A DNA stretch of 64,000 nt from Eledone cirrhosa (taxonomy: Eukaryota). How positions within the stretch are numbered: position 1 is the first letter of the stretch; each line of letters starts with the position of its first letter. Location: contig OZ024740.1 of the NCBI GenBank assembly GCA_964016885.1, positions 97,402,001 through 97,466,000 of the forward strand, written 5' to 3'. Of this stretch, positions 37,210 through 52,149 are shown piece by piece. The notes under the pieces were generated by a model, which made no database searches, had not been told where the DNA came from, and was given only the letters and a program-made list of their open reading frames with translations. The translations under genes and the position numbers were made by a program.

Positions 37210-38599
37210 AATATTAAATTTTAAAAAATTAGTATTGATAAGATTGACTAATCCAAGACATTGCTCATTGTCATGAGTGCAATCTAATGATGAAAACGAG
37301 GAAAAGTATAAAAAAGTAGAATGCTAGTAGAAAGCTATGAGCCATTCTGTTAATGATGTTAACCTTTTGAAATGACACTGATGCTGAGCAACGTGACACA
37401 TTATTTTTGTATTGCAATCACAATAAATTCACACTATGAAATTCATCATATAAACCTGACATATGTAGTCATGCTTTTGTTGCTGATTAATTCATTCCTG
37501 GACATGATTGATTTGTATTAAAATAGTATTGATTATATTTACAGTTTGATTCAGTCTTTGTTTGTCACATATGTTTACCTCATTACAAATATAGTATATA
37601 TTATTCCAGCAACTAAAATTTCCTATTCTGTATAATTGTTTGTAATTTATGTGTCTGTATGTGTTAATAGATGTAGATATTAGCAACCCATTTTATCACT
37701 ACTTATATATGATAAGGGTCAGCTATACTAATTAGGGTCCTTATGGCAGAATTTCTCTTTTTTGTATCCCAGTTTTGTTTTTTTCTTAGCAGATTTATTT
37801 TAGATTAAATGAAAGTTATTATTAATATTATTAATCCCGCCGAAGTTAACTTGGCCTTTCACCCTTACGGAGTCGATAAAATAAAGTACCAGTAATACAC
37901 TGGTTAATTTGCTGGCCTTGTGCCACAAGTAGAAACACTTATTAATATTATTCAGTTGTGAAATTGTAGAACATAACAAATGCCTCATAGTTTTGTACTT
38001 AACATACTGAGCTCAAATTTTTCTGAGATTGATCTTGTCATGCACTTTTCAGATGTCATTGAAAATAGAATACTAGTCAAAAACTAGGGTTAATATAATT
38101 GACTGGGTTTACCTCACACCAATTTTAGGAATTGTGCCAGGCAGAATATTATTTTAGGTGTTTCTTCTGGCTCATTATGTTCTGAGCTCAAATTTTGTTC
38201 AAATCAAGTGTGCAGTTCAGTATTCTGAGATTAATACGATTAAGTATCAGTCAAGTACTGGTGTCAATATTGCTGACTATCACACCTCCCACCAACATTT
38301 CTTGCTTCATGCTTAATTAAGAAATAATGATTGCAATTATTATGATTATTGTTGCTGTTACACGGCATTGAGGTTTTGACTAGTTTAAACATTCTTCACA
38401 AAGTCGTCTAAGGTTAGAAGCATCTTATCCTTTCTCCTGCTAAGGTTTTTCCAGTAACTGGGTTTACATTGCAATGGATTTTTTGATAACTCTTGTTAAT
38501 ACTCTCAGATTAAGGTCTAGTTTTCTCCTTATTTCTCAAATTATGCTAGTGTCAACCTGGCACATATTATTATTATTATTTTTATTATTATTATTATTA

Positions 38600-40578
38600 C
38601 AGTTGCATTTATCTTGCTTTATGCTCATGTGAGTTATCACCAAGTCACAACCAGTGACCTCAAGAGATGACAAGGTCCCCCATGTTCAAGAAAGAACATA
38701 CATACACACACATGCATCTTTAGGTGTTTAGACTTGTGATGTACTTATATTTACAGAATCTTCCTTAGTATATGGGCAGTTCCCATTAGTACTATCTTTT
38801 GTATTTCTCCTATACGCGGGTTTCTTGGGATTTGTGATAAGTAATCATTAGACCCCTTAGGTATCATTCCTAGAGTTCTTACAACCACTGGTATTGTTTT
38901 AGTTCTCAATTTCCACATTTTTCCAATTTCTATCTCCAGGTCCTTATACTTGCTCAATTTTTCAAATATTTTTATAGATACATTCTTGTGTATTGGAACG
39001 GACATATCAATTAGCAGGCATACCCTCTTTTTAAAGTCCTTCAGTATTATATCAGGTCTATTTGCATCTATTTTTCGGTCTGTTTGGATGCTAAAGTTCC
39101 ACTAGATTGAGATGTGATCTTTTCATGTATGGGAGGTGGTTGATGCTCCCACCAAATCTTTTGATGGGACAGGTCAAAATGCTTACACATTATGCAATGT
39201 ATGTCTTGTGCAGCTCTGTCATGCCTGTTTAGGTATTCGGTTGGAGCTATAGGGCTGCACATTGAAATTATATGATCAATGGTCTCTGGTTGTTTTTTAC
39301 ATACACGGCATAATGGGTTGCATCCATTTTTTATTATGTTGGCTTGGTAATTTTTTGTTGGCAGACACTGATCTTGTGCTGATATAATCAGTCCTTCAGT
39401 CTCCGATTTCAGTCCAGAGGATGCCAACCACTGATGGGTTAAAGTTTTGTCAACATCAGGATTATTAGCTCTTTCTGGGTATTTTCCATACAGAGGCTTT
39501 TCTTGCCATTTCTAGGCCAGTTTCTGTAGCAGTTCTTTCTTTGCAGTTACTTTTACCTGCTTTGCTTTTTCTGTGTTTTCCATTTCAGCAGTAAATGGGA
39601 CTTCTGAAATGTGTAGTCCATTACTGTACATGTGTGCATCTTTTGTAATGGAGTATGATCTTTTGATGCTTTCGTGTTTCAAAACGAGTTTGATCACCCA
39701 ATCATGTGATTCCCTTAGATATGTATATAATCCAATTGTTGCAGTTTTCAACACAATATCTAACTGGATTAACCCACGTCCTCCTTCTTTCCTAGGGAGA
39801 TATATTCTATCTGTATCTGCCTTAGGGTGATGCATTCTGTGCATGGTTAAGAATTTTCTAATTTTTATATCGAGCCTACGGATCTCTGTGCTTGACCAGT
39901 TGATGACATTGTAACTGTAGGTTACTACTGGTATGGCAAGTATGTTTATGGCATCGACCCTATTCCTTGCATTCAATTCCGTTATTAAGTTTGCTCTTAC
40001 TCTGCGGTAACATTCCTTCCTTATCCTTTCCCTTATTGTCGAGAGCTTGATTCCGTCTCCTTCACAAATACCTAGATATTTGTAAGTTTCCTCTTGTTCA
40101 AGTTCTCTTATCACATTCCCCCGATCAAGATAAATGTCTGAACTTTTCAGCAGATTTCTTCTGGTGAACGCAGCTTTGGCGCACTTATCTAGTCCAAACT
40201 GCATTTTAATGTCATCACTGAACTGCTCCACAGTGGATAATAGCCCTTGCAATTGTTCATCATTTTTTGCAAATCGTTTCAGGTCATCCATGTAGAACAA
40301 GTGATTAATGGTTTTGTCATAGACTTTATATCCATGTTTTGTTTCATTGAGCATTTTACTTAATGGTATAAGTGCGATGCAGAATAAAAGCGGTGATAAA
40401 GAGTCACCCTGAAATATTCCACAATTAATATTAACTTCTCCAGCTTCCAGTGATTCCTTTTCACTATTCAAAAGGAGTGTCGTTTTCCATGTCTTCATAC
40501 TGAATGACAAGAACCTCCTGACAACGGGAGATATTTTGAAAATATCTAAACATTTTTCAATCCAACTGTGTGGCAAAC
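38600..40578 (-). mobile_element. 5'-truncated R4/Dong-like LINE (RT + CCHC + restriction-like endonuclease) in (TAA)n
   Basis: PHSWI, GIFQGDSLSPLLF, HLFYMDD, YKYLG, LPRKEGGRG; SETEGLIISAQDQ, CRVC..ETIDHIISMC, RHD, RPDII..LIDMSVP..EKLSKYKDL; (TTA)n on both flanks; a few stops and frameshifts. Confidence 0.9.
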
Positions 40579-40622
<44 letters not shown>

Positions 40623-43600
40623 GGCGACCTACGTAGTAAATCGTATCATCATGAGCTCCGCAAAGGTTTGTTATTTTCAGTTGTTTAAAATTGCCATTTA
40701 TGGAAAATTTTTATTGTTAACTGTATATAAGTGCACATACATTGATTTCTGTAAAAGACACTCAAAAATAATAGGGCCTTGAGCCCAAATTTAAACTTTT
40801 TATAATTATCAAACAAAACAAACTTCTTTGAAAAATCATGGACGACTCAGAGTCACTCCTTCCTCACACACTAACACCTCACACAGACACCACCATTGTA
40901 AATATTACTACGTTTGCCAACAATAAAAATATAAGCAATAGCAATATTTTAAATTTGTCTCAGCCAGACATTCATTTCCCGCCATTACCAATGACTGCAG
41001 GTGTTAAAGCCACCACCCCACCATCACCACCACAGCGAAAACCCCCACCACCACTACCACAGCGACAACCCCCATCACCACCACCAAAACCAACGCCTGT
41101 GAAGGATTTTCCACTCCCCGGCTTATCGTAACTGGAGACAGATTGTGACGACGAGGAGTGGGAAACGGTATCAGGAAAAAAGAAAAAACAAACCAAAAAA
41201 GAAAAAATTCTCTTCCTTCCCCCTCCAAAAACAAAATACAGAGGGAAACAAATAAATTATCAAACAAAAAAGTTAGGACAGATATGCCACTATCCACACC
41301 AGCATCACCAACCCCATCACCACAAACACCAACACCATCACCATCATTAACCCCAACACCACCATCACCAACACCACAACAGTTACCAAAAAGCGTAACA
41401 GAAACAAACTCACAACAAACGCAACAAAACAAAACAACCAAAACGATACACACTACACAGCATTAAATTTGAACAACAACCAATCATTACACTACATGCA
41501 ACACAACACCTGCATCACAGAAAAAGACTACACAACAACCCAACAGTTCACACCACCTCCACACATACAAATCAATCGCATCACACATAAAACGTACACG
41601 ACACTAAAACAAAACTTCCCCAAAGACATCGGAGGCTACCGACAAACACTCTCCAGGAGGATTTATAAGGACATCCTTCCGGAGGAGGCCACAAGCAGTG
41701 AAAAGGATGGACAAACCATCCTTCCTCTACGAGAAGTAAGGTAAGTGGTCTTTCCCATCTTTTCCACTCCATTTCAACATGACCTCATTCAGAATAGGCA
41801 GCATAAATGCGCGTAGCTTGGGGTAGTCATGGAAGCAAGGCCACCTGCTCAACGACCTCAGGTCACTAAACATAGATGTAGTGGCCATCAGCGAGACCAG
41901 AATCTCCGAAGCAGGGGCTTTCGCACCGATCTTCGACGGCTACGATGTGTACGCATCTCCCAGCCGTCCGGGATCGGGAGGAGGAGTTGATGTGATTTTT
42001 CGGAGAGTTTTGGATCTCGCCATACGGGCCATCTTCTTGGACCCAGAAGGTAAGTTGGTGGTGCTAGACGTGACCAGCGGAGAAGGGCAAGATTTCAGGC
42101 TAGTGGCCGTCTATGCCTCGACAGGAGCAGGGCGGCCTGATTTATTCCGGCGTCTGGAGACCTTTCTTGGAACGTCCCGCTCTTTAGTGTTAGTGGGCGA
42201 CTGGAACGGGATTTTAGATGCACGCTGGGACTGTGTGGGATTAGCGGATAGGGAAGGAGGGTGCAAGATCCTCACCAATCTGCTCAGGCGTTTTGAACTG
42301 TCTGACAGGTACGGATTGCATTTCCCGAATGTGCCAATGTGGATTGGACAAATCGCATAGGGTCATCCAGATCATATCTAGATAGAGTATTTTGTAGAGA
42401 AATAGATAGGTCTAGCATAGGTTGTCCACAATTCAAGATAGTCAGCTACACGGACCACAAATTCGTGATCTGTATGCTTGACTTAGATAGCCTTCATAGA
42501 CGAGGACCCGGCTACTGGAAGCTAAACGCGACCTTACCAGCGCGCATGGCCTACAGAGATCGAATTAGCGAACTAGTTAAGCGGGCATTGACGGGGGCCA
42601 TCGTCAACAACAAGTGGTAGTTTGCTCTGAAAAGAGCAATTAGAATAGAGTCCATTAGGTTTAGTAAGGCTTTAGCAATAGAGAAAAATAGAGCAGAGGG
42701 AGAATTAGTTAGAAAATTAGACGAGGTGCTTAGCAAAGGCATCGCGACCGACGTACTTGCGGCGAAATTGGCCCTTGACCAATTCTTCAATGCAAAGCAC
42801 GAAGGCTGCGTTGTCAGAGCTAATGTGCGTGCTCTCAGACACGAGGGAACGAAAGCCGTTCAATGGGGACGAAAGCCGTTCAATGGGCCCGAATGGCGGA
42901 GGAGCGTCGTGGCAACAAAGCCACGATCCGGTCTATGGTGGACCACGACGGGCGCATGCTACTCGATCCCGGGCAAATGTGTGAAGATTTTCAGCGACAC
43001 TTCGCTCAGTTGTTCGGGGGCAGCGGCGGGCCGGATAGAAAGATGGATTAGTATCTACCTCGACGGACTGCCGCGGCTCTCGGCCTCTGAGGCGGAGTGT
43101 TGATAAAAGCCGATAACAGCCGCAGAAGTACGGGGAGCAATGACTAGCTGCACAAGGGGTAAATCGCCTGGTTTGGATAGTCTGCCCTATGAACTTTACG
43201 TACAGATGCCAGACTTGTTCGGAGGCCTCTTGGCGGACGTCTACTGCAACTGGCAACAGAACGGGATAATTCCCAGCTCTATAAGCCAGGGAGCTGTGGT
43301 GCTTCTGAGAAAGGATCCGAACAAGGGGGATAACATAGATAATTTTAGGCCCATAACACTGCTAAACACAGAGTTTAAGATTTTGGCCAAGGTGCTAGCA
43401 AAGAGGTTGGCGCTTGTCGTTGGTGGTCTGGTGGGAGAGGCGCAGACATGCGCCATTCCCAACAGATCCATCCACGACAACCTCCACCTCATGCGATACA
43501 TCGTAGAGAGGGTAGCTAGGGAACCTGGCACGGGTGGGTCCTTGATCAATTTAGATCAGTCGAAAGCTTTCGATAGGGTCGACCATCATTACCTAGCGGC

Positions 43601-45455
43601 AGCCCTGAGGGCGGCTGGCTTTGGGCCCGTCTTCAGAGGCTGGATCGCTGCGATGCACAGCGACATCTGCTCTGTCGTGAGAGTGAACGGTCACCTTTCG
43701 GAACCGTTCAACATCATGCGCTCGTTCCGCCAAGGATGTCCCCCCCCGTCCCTCTTGTACGTATTGACTCTCGAGCCATTACTGCACAAACTGGAGACTT
43801 TGAGGGGGGTCCCGCGCGAACAAGGATGCGGAAGATCCGTGTCATCATATGCGGACGATGTCACCGTAGTGGTGTCGAATGTCAAACACATCGAGACGAT
43901 CGGCATTACACTAAGAGAGTACGAAGCGGTGACAGGAGCAATGATCAACCAGGAAAAGTCAGTGGGCCTGCAGCTCGGCACCTGGATAGGCAGGTCCATG
44001 CCGTCCAACAGCGTCGTCGGGCGCTGGACGGACGGACCAGTTAAATTGCTCGGGGTCTGGTTCGGTGCGGATCTCCAGACGGACAAAAACTGGGATAAGG
44101 TGACGAATAGGGTGGCTTCTCTCATCCAGAAATGGGCAGAGAGGAAGCTATCCCTGAAAGGTCGAGCGGAGGTGGCTAACGCGTATATCGCGTCCGTTAT
44201 CTACTACCGCCTGACCGTCGTACCTTGTCCTAAGCCCCGCCTGACTGCGCTGGAGCGTTTGCTCTTTCGCTTTTTGTGGAAGGGACGCGCTCTGATGGTC
44301 AGCGGTCCATCTGCTGTCAACACCCGCTATATGGAGGGTTGGGAATGCCGTGGCTGATGATGCGCAGACACGCGCTCAGGCTACGAGATCTCCACCTCTT
44401 CCTCGACGGTGATCAGGTGTGGTCTCCGTTTGCTAGACGCGTCTTTCCCCAGCTCTTCTCCTTGACGGAGCTGCAGTCTTGGGTCAAGCGAAGACCGAGA
44501 GGGAGCGCTTGGAGACTGGAATGTCTTCAGGCGCTCACAGCCCTCGACCAATCGGGCAATGTGATCGGTGGAAATTCCACCTTGGCGTTCTATAGAGTAT
44601 TAGTGGAGGGGAAGAGCGACGACGTACTTGGGGAAACTCTAGGCGTCGACGAAAATCAACTAGCCAATCTCTTCGGAAGAACTTTCGGGCCGGGGCCTAT
44701 GGACAACTTCCAGAAATCCCTGGCCTGGCAGTGCTACCGAGGAGCTTTGCCAGTTCGGGATAAACCCTACAATCATGGAGGTGCCGTCAGCCGGGCATGT
44801 CCGAGATGCGCGCAGGGCGACGAAAACGTCCTGCACGCACTCGTCCAGTGTCCGAGCATTGACATGTGGGTTTATGTCGAACACCTGCTGTCGCGTGTAG
44901 GACGGATCCAGCTATCAGCAGGGTCCATCGTGAGGATTGCCCCGCCCTCCTCCTTTAGCCGGGAAGGGCAGGCAGTTTTTATCTGTCTGGTGGTCATGGC
45001 GAAAGAGATAGTATGGTGGACACGTTTGAAAGGGCTGAAGACGAGCACTTACCTCTTCGGTGATGCCCTGATTAACATTTTCAAATTTCATTTGAAAAAG
45101 AAAATCAGGTTAGAGAGGGAAGTGCTCTCTTCCCAGCATTTTGTTGAAAGATGGGTGAGAGAGGCAAGTATGGCCCGAATGAATGGGCCTTCTCTGAATA
45201 TGTGTCTGTAAATTAAAGGTGGAAAACTGGGAGAGGGCACTTGCCCTGGTGATCAGGGTCACTGTGGTCTTTTAATGGGCTTTCTCCACAAATGTCCCTC
45301 GGAAGTCTCCCCCCTATTGGGGAATTTTTCTTTGTTATTTTATTACATCCTCTGTTTTCTTTTACACGCAGAAATGCCCATTTGTACCGTCCTGTATTGT
45401 CCTGTACTGTCCTTAATGTCTACTTTATGTAAACCCTTGTGGTTAATAAAGAAAA

Positions 45456-45456
<1 letters not shown>
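40623..45456 (+). mobile_element. Second Tx1-like LINE (related subfamily), disrupted, in (ATT)n
   Basis: ORF2 fragments are closely homologous to 21115-24534; ORF1 remnant at 40838-41744 lacks the knuckle; (ATT)n flanks. Confidence 0.93.
41779..45211 (+). pseudogene. Disrupted Tx1 ORF2
   Basis: Stops at about 41824, 42618 and 43101; frameshifts; 20-bp tandem duplication at about 42849-42888. Confidence 0.92.
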
Positions 45457-45491
<35 letters not shown>

Positions 45492-45687
45492 ATATTATTA
45501 TTATTGTAAGAGATAGGATAGTTACTGAAATCAACAAAATAGAATCTGTAAACTTCTTGATAGACAATGCAGAAAGTGTATTGTTAAAACTATATTTAGA
45601 ATAATAGTAGTAGTAGCAATGTCTCTCACACACACACGCCTACAAATAAGATGAGGAAGAAACAAATAAATTTAACAAAGACTTGTC

Positions 45688-45747
<60 letters not shown>

Positions 45748-45909
45748 TCAAAACAACAATAAATGAAACATTAAACTGTCAAAGACATCGTCAATAAGAA
45801 AAAAGACCTAAACAAACACCAATAGAAAAAAGCCCAACATTAAAGCATTAATCAGTGATGAGGCACTAATGAATTATTGGATTATTTCCTTTCCTATACA
45901 TACATACAA

Positions 45910-45953
<44 letters not shown>

Positions 45954-46214
45954 TTGCTTGTATGTGTAAGTATGTATGAATATGTATATGTGTGTGAGTA
46001 TATATCTATATATATATATAACCACCTATCCACATTGCTACCTCCTCATCCTTTACTCCCTCTCCCTTCTCCAGCTCACTTTTAGAGGTATCAATTGATT
46101 TTCTTCCTATTTTCCCTGACAACAGTGATTTAGTAGAGAGCCAGCAGCATGAAAACTAACACAAGCAGAATCTGAAACAACAACTTGTCAAATGTTTGCT
46201 TATCATATATGTAT

Positions 46215-46290
<76 letters not shown>

Positions 46291-47890
46291 CCAGGGAGTG
46301 TAACTTTCAGTTACCGTAGATTCACCCGGGTGAGCACTCGATGTTTAGATTCACTTCAGTGTCGTGGTGTAGAGCTATACAGAGTGTATTATAGTTAAAT
46401 AAGATAACAAGGATGATTGGTTACTCCTTCATTACGTTTATTGTTTGGTGACGCGCGTTTCGCAACTGATCAGCTCAAAGTTCGATGTGTATCGATCTGA
46501 CCCGACTCTGTAATCCGCGGCCTGTCAGACCCCTTGTAATGTTAATGGAACATGACTACATGCTGTATTATAAAGTCAGAAGTTCCTATGGTGGTCATTA
46601 AAGTTTGTTTCGATTGATGGATTAATTCATAGGGATGTTCTTGCCTGTAGTGTGTGTATGTGTGGAGGGGGGGGGGGTCGTGATAAGTTGGTGATGAGAG
46701 TCGCAGGTTGAAGTGGACGTGATGTGGGGGTGCTGGTTGTTGGTAGACAGTTTGGCATGTTGATGTGGCTGAGTTTTGTGTGTGGTGTGTGTGTGTGTGT
46801 GTGTGTGGTGTTGCTGTTTGTGATAAAGATGAAAGGTTTCGGTGTTTATGATGGTGTGATGATTGTGTTCGTGGTTTCCTTTCCATAAGGAGATACATAT
46901 ATAGACACACTTAGTCTGACAGATACAATGCATACATACACATGTGTATATATATAGAGCCAGTGGAGATGGCGTTGTACAAATGTACTTACACACAGAC
47001 ACACACACATGCGTTGTTTAGGGAGGGATGATAAGTGTTGGTGATGTTGATGGTTGTGGAAGTATAGCGATGTGTCTGTTGGTGGCGGTGGTGGGAATGA
47101 TGGGTGCGATATGATATGTATAAGATCTGATCTTACAATGGGTAACATGTTATAGAAGACAAATGTACTGAGATGAGAGACGGTGTGGTAAGGCAAAGGT
47201 GGTTATCCCTATGTTGAGTCAGGGTAAGGGGTTGGCCCTGCGCCGAATTTTTGTGCAGAGAAGGTGGCTATTCTGGTGTGTCTGCAGTTTATAATTATGT
47301 CAGACCTTGAGTTTATGGCCGATTTCTATTTAATGATTTTGGCCGCCTCGGCTAGGCATAACCTGCAGTGGTTTCTGTCATTGGGGAGTTGGGCCACACA
47401 TCTTTTAACTGACCATTTGATCTGGTATTCAATGTTCTTGTCTTTGAGTTCCCAGATCAAGTCCGCCAATATTCTTTGGAATCATTTGGGGCTATGTTTG
47501 AAGGAGCTTCTGGGGTTATACCAGCGATCCTTAACGTAGTCGAAGTCGCCCCTATGTAGGAGTACTCTTATCGGCCAGATGTGACATTGCACCGGTAAAT
47601 AATGTTTTTAACGAGGCACTCCCCGTTTAATGGGCTTTCTGCACGCTTTTTGCAGTTGCAGTTAGGGGTTATGGTTTTGTGTCCATGTTGTCGGTTGTTC
47701 ATATTCTGTGTGGAGCTGGCACGTGGGTTGTTGTGTTGTGTCTTGTGTATGGTTTCGTTCTGGGTTGTGCTAGAGGTTGGTTGTGGTGCTATCATGTATC
47801 TGCGTATTTTTGTCCTATGTTTGTGTGATATTGTGTCGCCTAGATTTGGTGTTGTGGAGAAGGAGAATTTGACAGTGTGTCTATTAAAGA
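46291..47890 (-). mobile_element. 5'-truncated Naiad-like PLE with GIY-YIG remnant and degenerate HHR (46447-46531)
   Basis: LFNRHTVKFSFSTTPNL..NCNCKKRAESPLNGECLVKNIIYRC..YSYIG; GGU-CUGACAG..GAAA-CGCGCG-UC/ACC; ends at (TA)n. Confidence 0.85.
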
Positions 47891-48150
47891 GCTTACACAC
47901 ACACATATATATATATATATAAGTATGTATGCATGTATGTATGTATATATGTCTGCATGTGTGTATCATTATCATTATTTAACGGTGGTCTGAGTTCAAA
48001 TCCCGCCGAGGTTGACTTTGCCTTTCATCTTTACGGGGTCGATAAAATAAAGTACCAGTAATAAACTGGTTAATTGCTGGCCTTGTGCCTAAAGTAGAAA
48101 CAATTATTTAATATTTTTTAAATGATCTCTCTCTCTTTATATATATAAAT

Positions 48151-48244
<94 letters not shown>

Positions 48245-51200
48245 CATACACACATACACTGATATATGTGTGCGCGCTTGTGAGAGAGAGAGTGGATGTG
48301 TTTGAAAGTTGTATTATATTTCAAGAGATAATTTGTTTAGCCACGAATGTGTAAATGTTTTTGAAGAAATCTGCTGTGTTAATAAGGCATGAGAATTTGT
48401 CAAGTCAGTTTGGACAACAATTTTCCTAACAGGATGAAACAAATAACTAATATAGAAATATAATGATGTTAATGCTAACAATTATCTCTATCTCTGTCAG
48501 AGAAATACAGAACATAGAATAAAATAGATTATAGATTTGTGTTTCCATGTTTTCACAAGTGAAAACTTTATAATTCTTAATAGGAAGATTTAAGAATTTG
48601 TATAGTGTATGATCATCATCATCATCTTTATCATTATTTTACATTCACTTTCTATGCTGGCATAAGTGAGAAGGGTTGCCAAGATCCATGACCAAATATT
48701 TTTGAACAGTCCATCTTGCTTATACATACCATATTTGACATGGTATTTCTGACTGGATGACCTTTCTTATTCCAACAATTTATAGAGTGGACTTGCTTCG
48801 TTTTTTCCTGACACCCACACTACCAATTTTTCATACAGACACAGAAATACATATATACATGCATGCATACTGAATGCATAAAGCCATAAAAGGTAAAAGA
48901 GTGGTCTTGACAGACTGAAAAAATGGTGTTAGCTGTAAGCAATACACTGCAGTTGGTGAGCAGCTGGTCACCTATATACTTAACTATGGGAGAAGCGGAA
49001 TATAAAGAAAACTTCCATATGTTCTTTGTCAGGAGAATCAGAGGCATGAAGTGTTTCAGATTGCAGCACAGCTTACTAGTGAACATCAACACTTTGTTGC
49101 ATTTGGATTGATAGCAGTATACTTGCTCTCACTGATATTGAGAAGAACGAGATGAGAGAGAAAAATGCATAGGAAAGAGATGGGATGCAGTGACGAAACC
49201 CAAAGGAAGGCCCCAAACATCCAGGTTGACAGCAGTAAGATAGATAAATCAATTAAGAATATGAAGACTGGTATAGTTTACAAAGTGCTGAAAATATGTG
49301 ACAGTACAATATACACAAAATATATATTTATACAAAATATACACAAGCATATTAAACCAGGTAGTACAGGATGGTGTTATACCCAAATATTTACATAGCA
49401 CATTTGTTAGAGTGTCAAACAAAGTACATTGGGGTATTTGTTATTGTTCTTTAGATTCTAAGTTGAAACATAAGGCCAACTAAATGAACTATTCCTTTAA
49501 ATCTTTTGACAACAATCTACCAAAATGTTCCTTCAGTTCTCTGAGGTAAAAATACCCAATTTAAAGGATTCTTATTTAAATGAAACTCTGCAACATAATT
49601 TTATAGGATAACGACTACATATATTGGAATATAAGCCAAGGAATATACAATCAAAACATCGATGGTAAAATGGTGTCAGCTGATATGGGGCCAATATTTT
49701 GAAGATTTTCACTAACTTCAAATTCTACATAAATATGCTGCATAAATATCTGGAGTTATTATTTCACAATTAAACGGTTTTCCTACATTTACTACACCTC
49801 CGTTGGTGTTAAAAATGCATTTCATTGAAAATAGTCCCAGACAAAGTTTTAGAATTTGAACTGTTTAATACATAAATACCCCTTACACATGTGTACACAC
49901 ATATATATGTTTTAACTGACAATAAATATGTTTCTTTCAATCTTACCTCTGATTTTATTTTAATCCTCTGGCTCTCTTTCTCTCTTTATCCTGCTCTGCC
50001 TTTTCTCTCTCACACACATACTGTCTCTCCCTCTCTCTTCTAGTCTATGAATTCCCATATAAAGTTATCTCATTCAATCTCTTGCTTTTGAGTGGCCGGA
50101 AGTAAACTAAAATTTGAGAAACTTGTTGCAACTTAAAGTAATAAAAACACTTTACGTAATAGAGTTCTGAAACAAAAAAAAACTTTCCTCTAAATCACAT
50201 TTAAAACATCAAAATATTAAAACTTCATAAATATATTTTATACTTATGAGAATTTCAAAACAACCACATCTAAACATTATGTGTTGATTAGTTGTCTCAG
50301 ATGATAAATGGGATGTGGATTTTTGCCCATTTCTCAGACATAAAATAGGAAGGTGGGGACGAGTAACATTTTGATTGACTTAGATTTTTGTATATACGAT
50401 ACTTGTTAAATCATTTTACAAATACCATCCTAATATTGAAATAATTAATAATTTTAATAGATGTAATGATTAATTAAAATACACAGTATTTCATTATGAA
50501 TATGATAACAAAATTGTTAAGGGTTCAATGTGATTATATTTTGAAACATACATTGGTCACACTCAAAGGTGAATGACACAAAAGAGAAAAATTGAAATTT
50601 AGACACATCATTCATTATCTCCTATGGAAAATACGTTTGTTTCAGTTTTCTTTTCTTGTAATCTCAAGTAATGCATACAATCCAATAGTGCATATTGTTT
50701 ATCTCATTAATTCTTATTTAACACAATCACTGTCATTGACCATATTAATTTAAGCTCTAAGGCCTAATAGCCAATGGAACGCATTGACACATTTCTGCTT
50801 TATCTGTTTCTTCACAAAGAGCTTAAAACATAAAATCAAAGAATTTAAATAATTAATTGTTCTGCAATTATTTTTCTCTGTTTTCATTCCTGGGGCCATT
50901 TGGATATACACACACACTTATGTATGTGTATATATATATACATACATATTACATGGCTCGGAAATATTCCCTTCTTTGAGCTATTTAATTGTAAAAGATA
51001 TGATAATAAAATTGTTAAGGTTTCAATGAGATTATATTTTGAAACATACATTGGTCACACTCAAAGGTGAATGACACAAAAGAGAAGAATTGAAATTTAG
51101 ACACCTCATTCATTAGCTCCTATGGAAATACGTTTGTTTCAGTTTTCATTTCTTGTAATCTCAAGTAATGCATACAATCCAATAGTGCATATTCTTTACC

Positions 51201-51703
51201 GCATTAATTCATATTTATAACTCAATATTTGATACGTTGAGCTAATTTTAGTCCCATAAAACCGATTGCTATTTTTAGCGGCACGAGTATAGGACAAGGT
51301 AGGCGCTGGGACACATGTGCGTTCAACAACACGTATTTCTCAGTCTTCTTAAGTATTCTGAAGTGATTGATACAAATTTTCATGGATACCCGCAGAAGAG
51401 CATAGGAATAGTAACTTTCACTTAATTGTTGCGAAACAAATTTAGAATTTGTCCGGGTATCATAGCCATTGCCAATATAGGTTTGTTATTTTTATTGATT
51501 TATTATTTTAAATCGAGACAGGCAAATCATATTATGTTAAATTAGTATTTTTCAACCTAGCTAACGTGGTCATTTGCAATTCGAACACATGTATAATTGT
51601 ATAGGTGTTCATCCCTCATATATTCATTTATATTACACGGCTCAGAAATATTCCCTTCTTTGCGCTATTAAATTGTAAAAGACTATTTCGAGTTTATAAC
51701 TCA

Positions 51704-51773
<70 letters not shown>

Positions 51774-52149
51774 ACACTTGCCCAAGACAGCACTTTGTGG
51801 AATTAGACACTGGCCTACATGATTGTGAAGTAAACGTTTTACCCACAAACCCATGCCAGGTATGAATCCATTTACAAATATATTTTTACTGAAATACACT
51901 TTCTGTGTGTTCTTTGTTGATTTGATAAATGGCCAAGAATTTTGAAGGATTTAGTATTTTTTATTCTATTAAGCTGATGTATATACACAAGTATAGTCAC
52001 ACATATGAAGGAGTCAACTGCAGTAGGGATTCTCTAATTATATAGGTTAATATTTCTTTATCTTATTTGCATTTCCCATATATATATATGTGTGTCTTTG
52101 TGTAAGTGTTTCCTGTCAGACAGAGCCCAACATGTTATCATCTAAGAAG

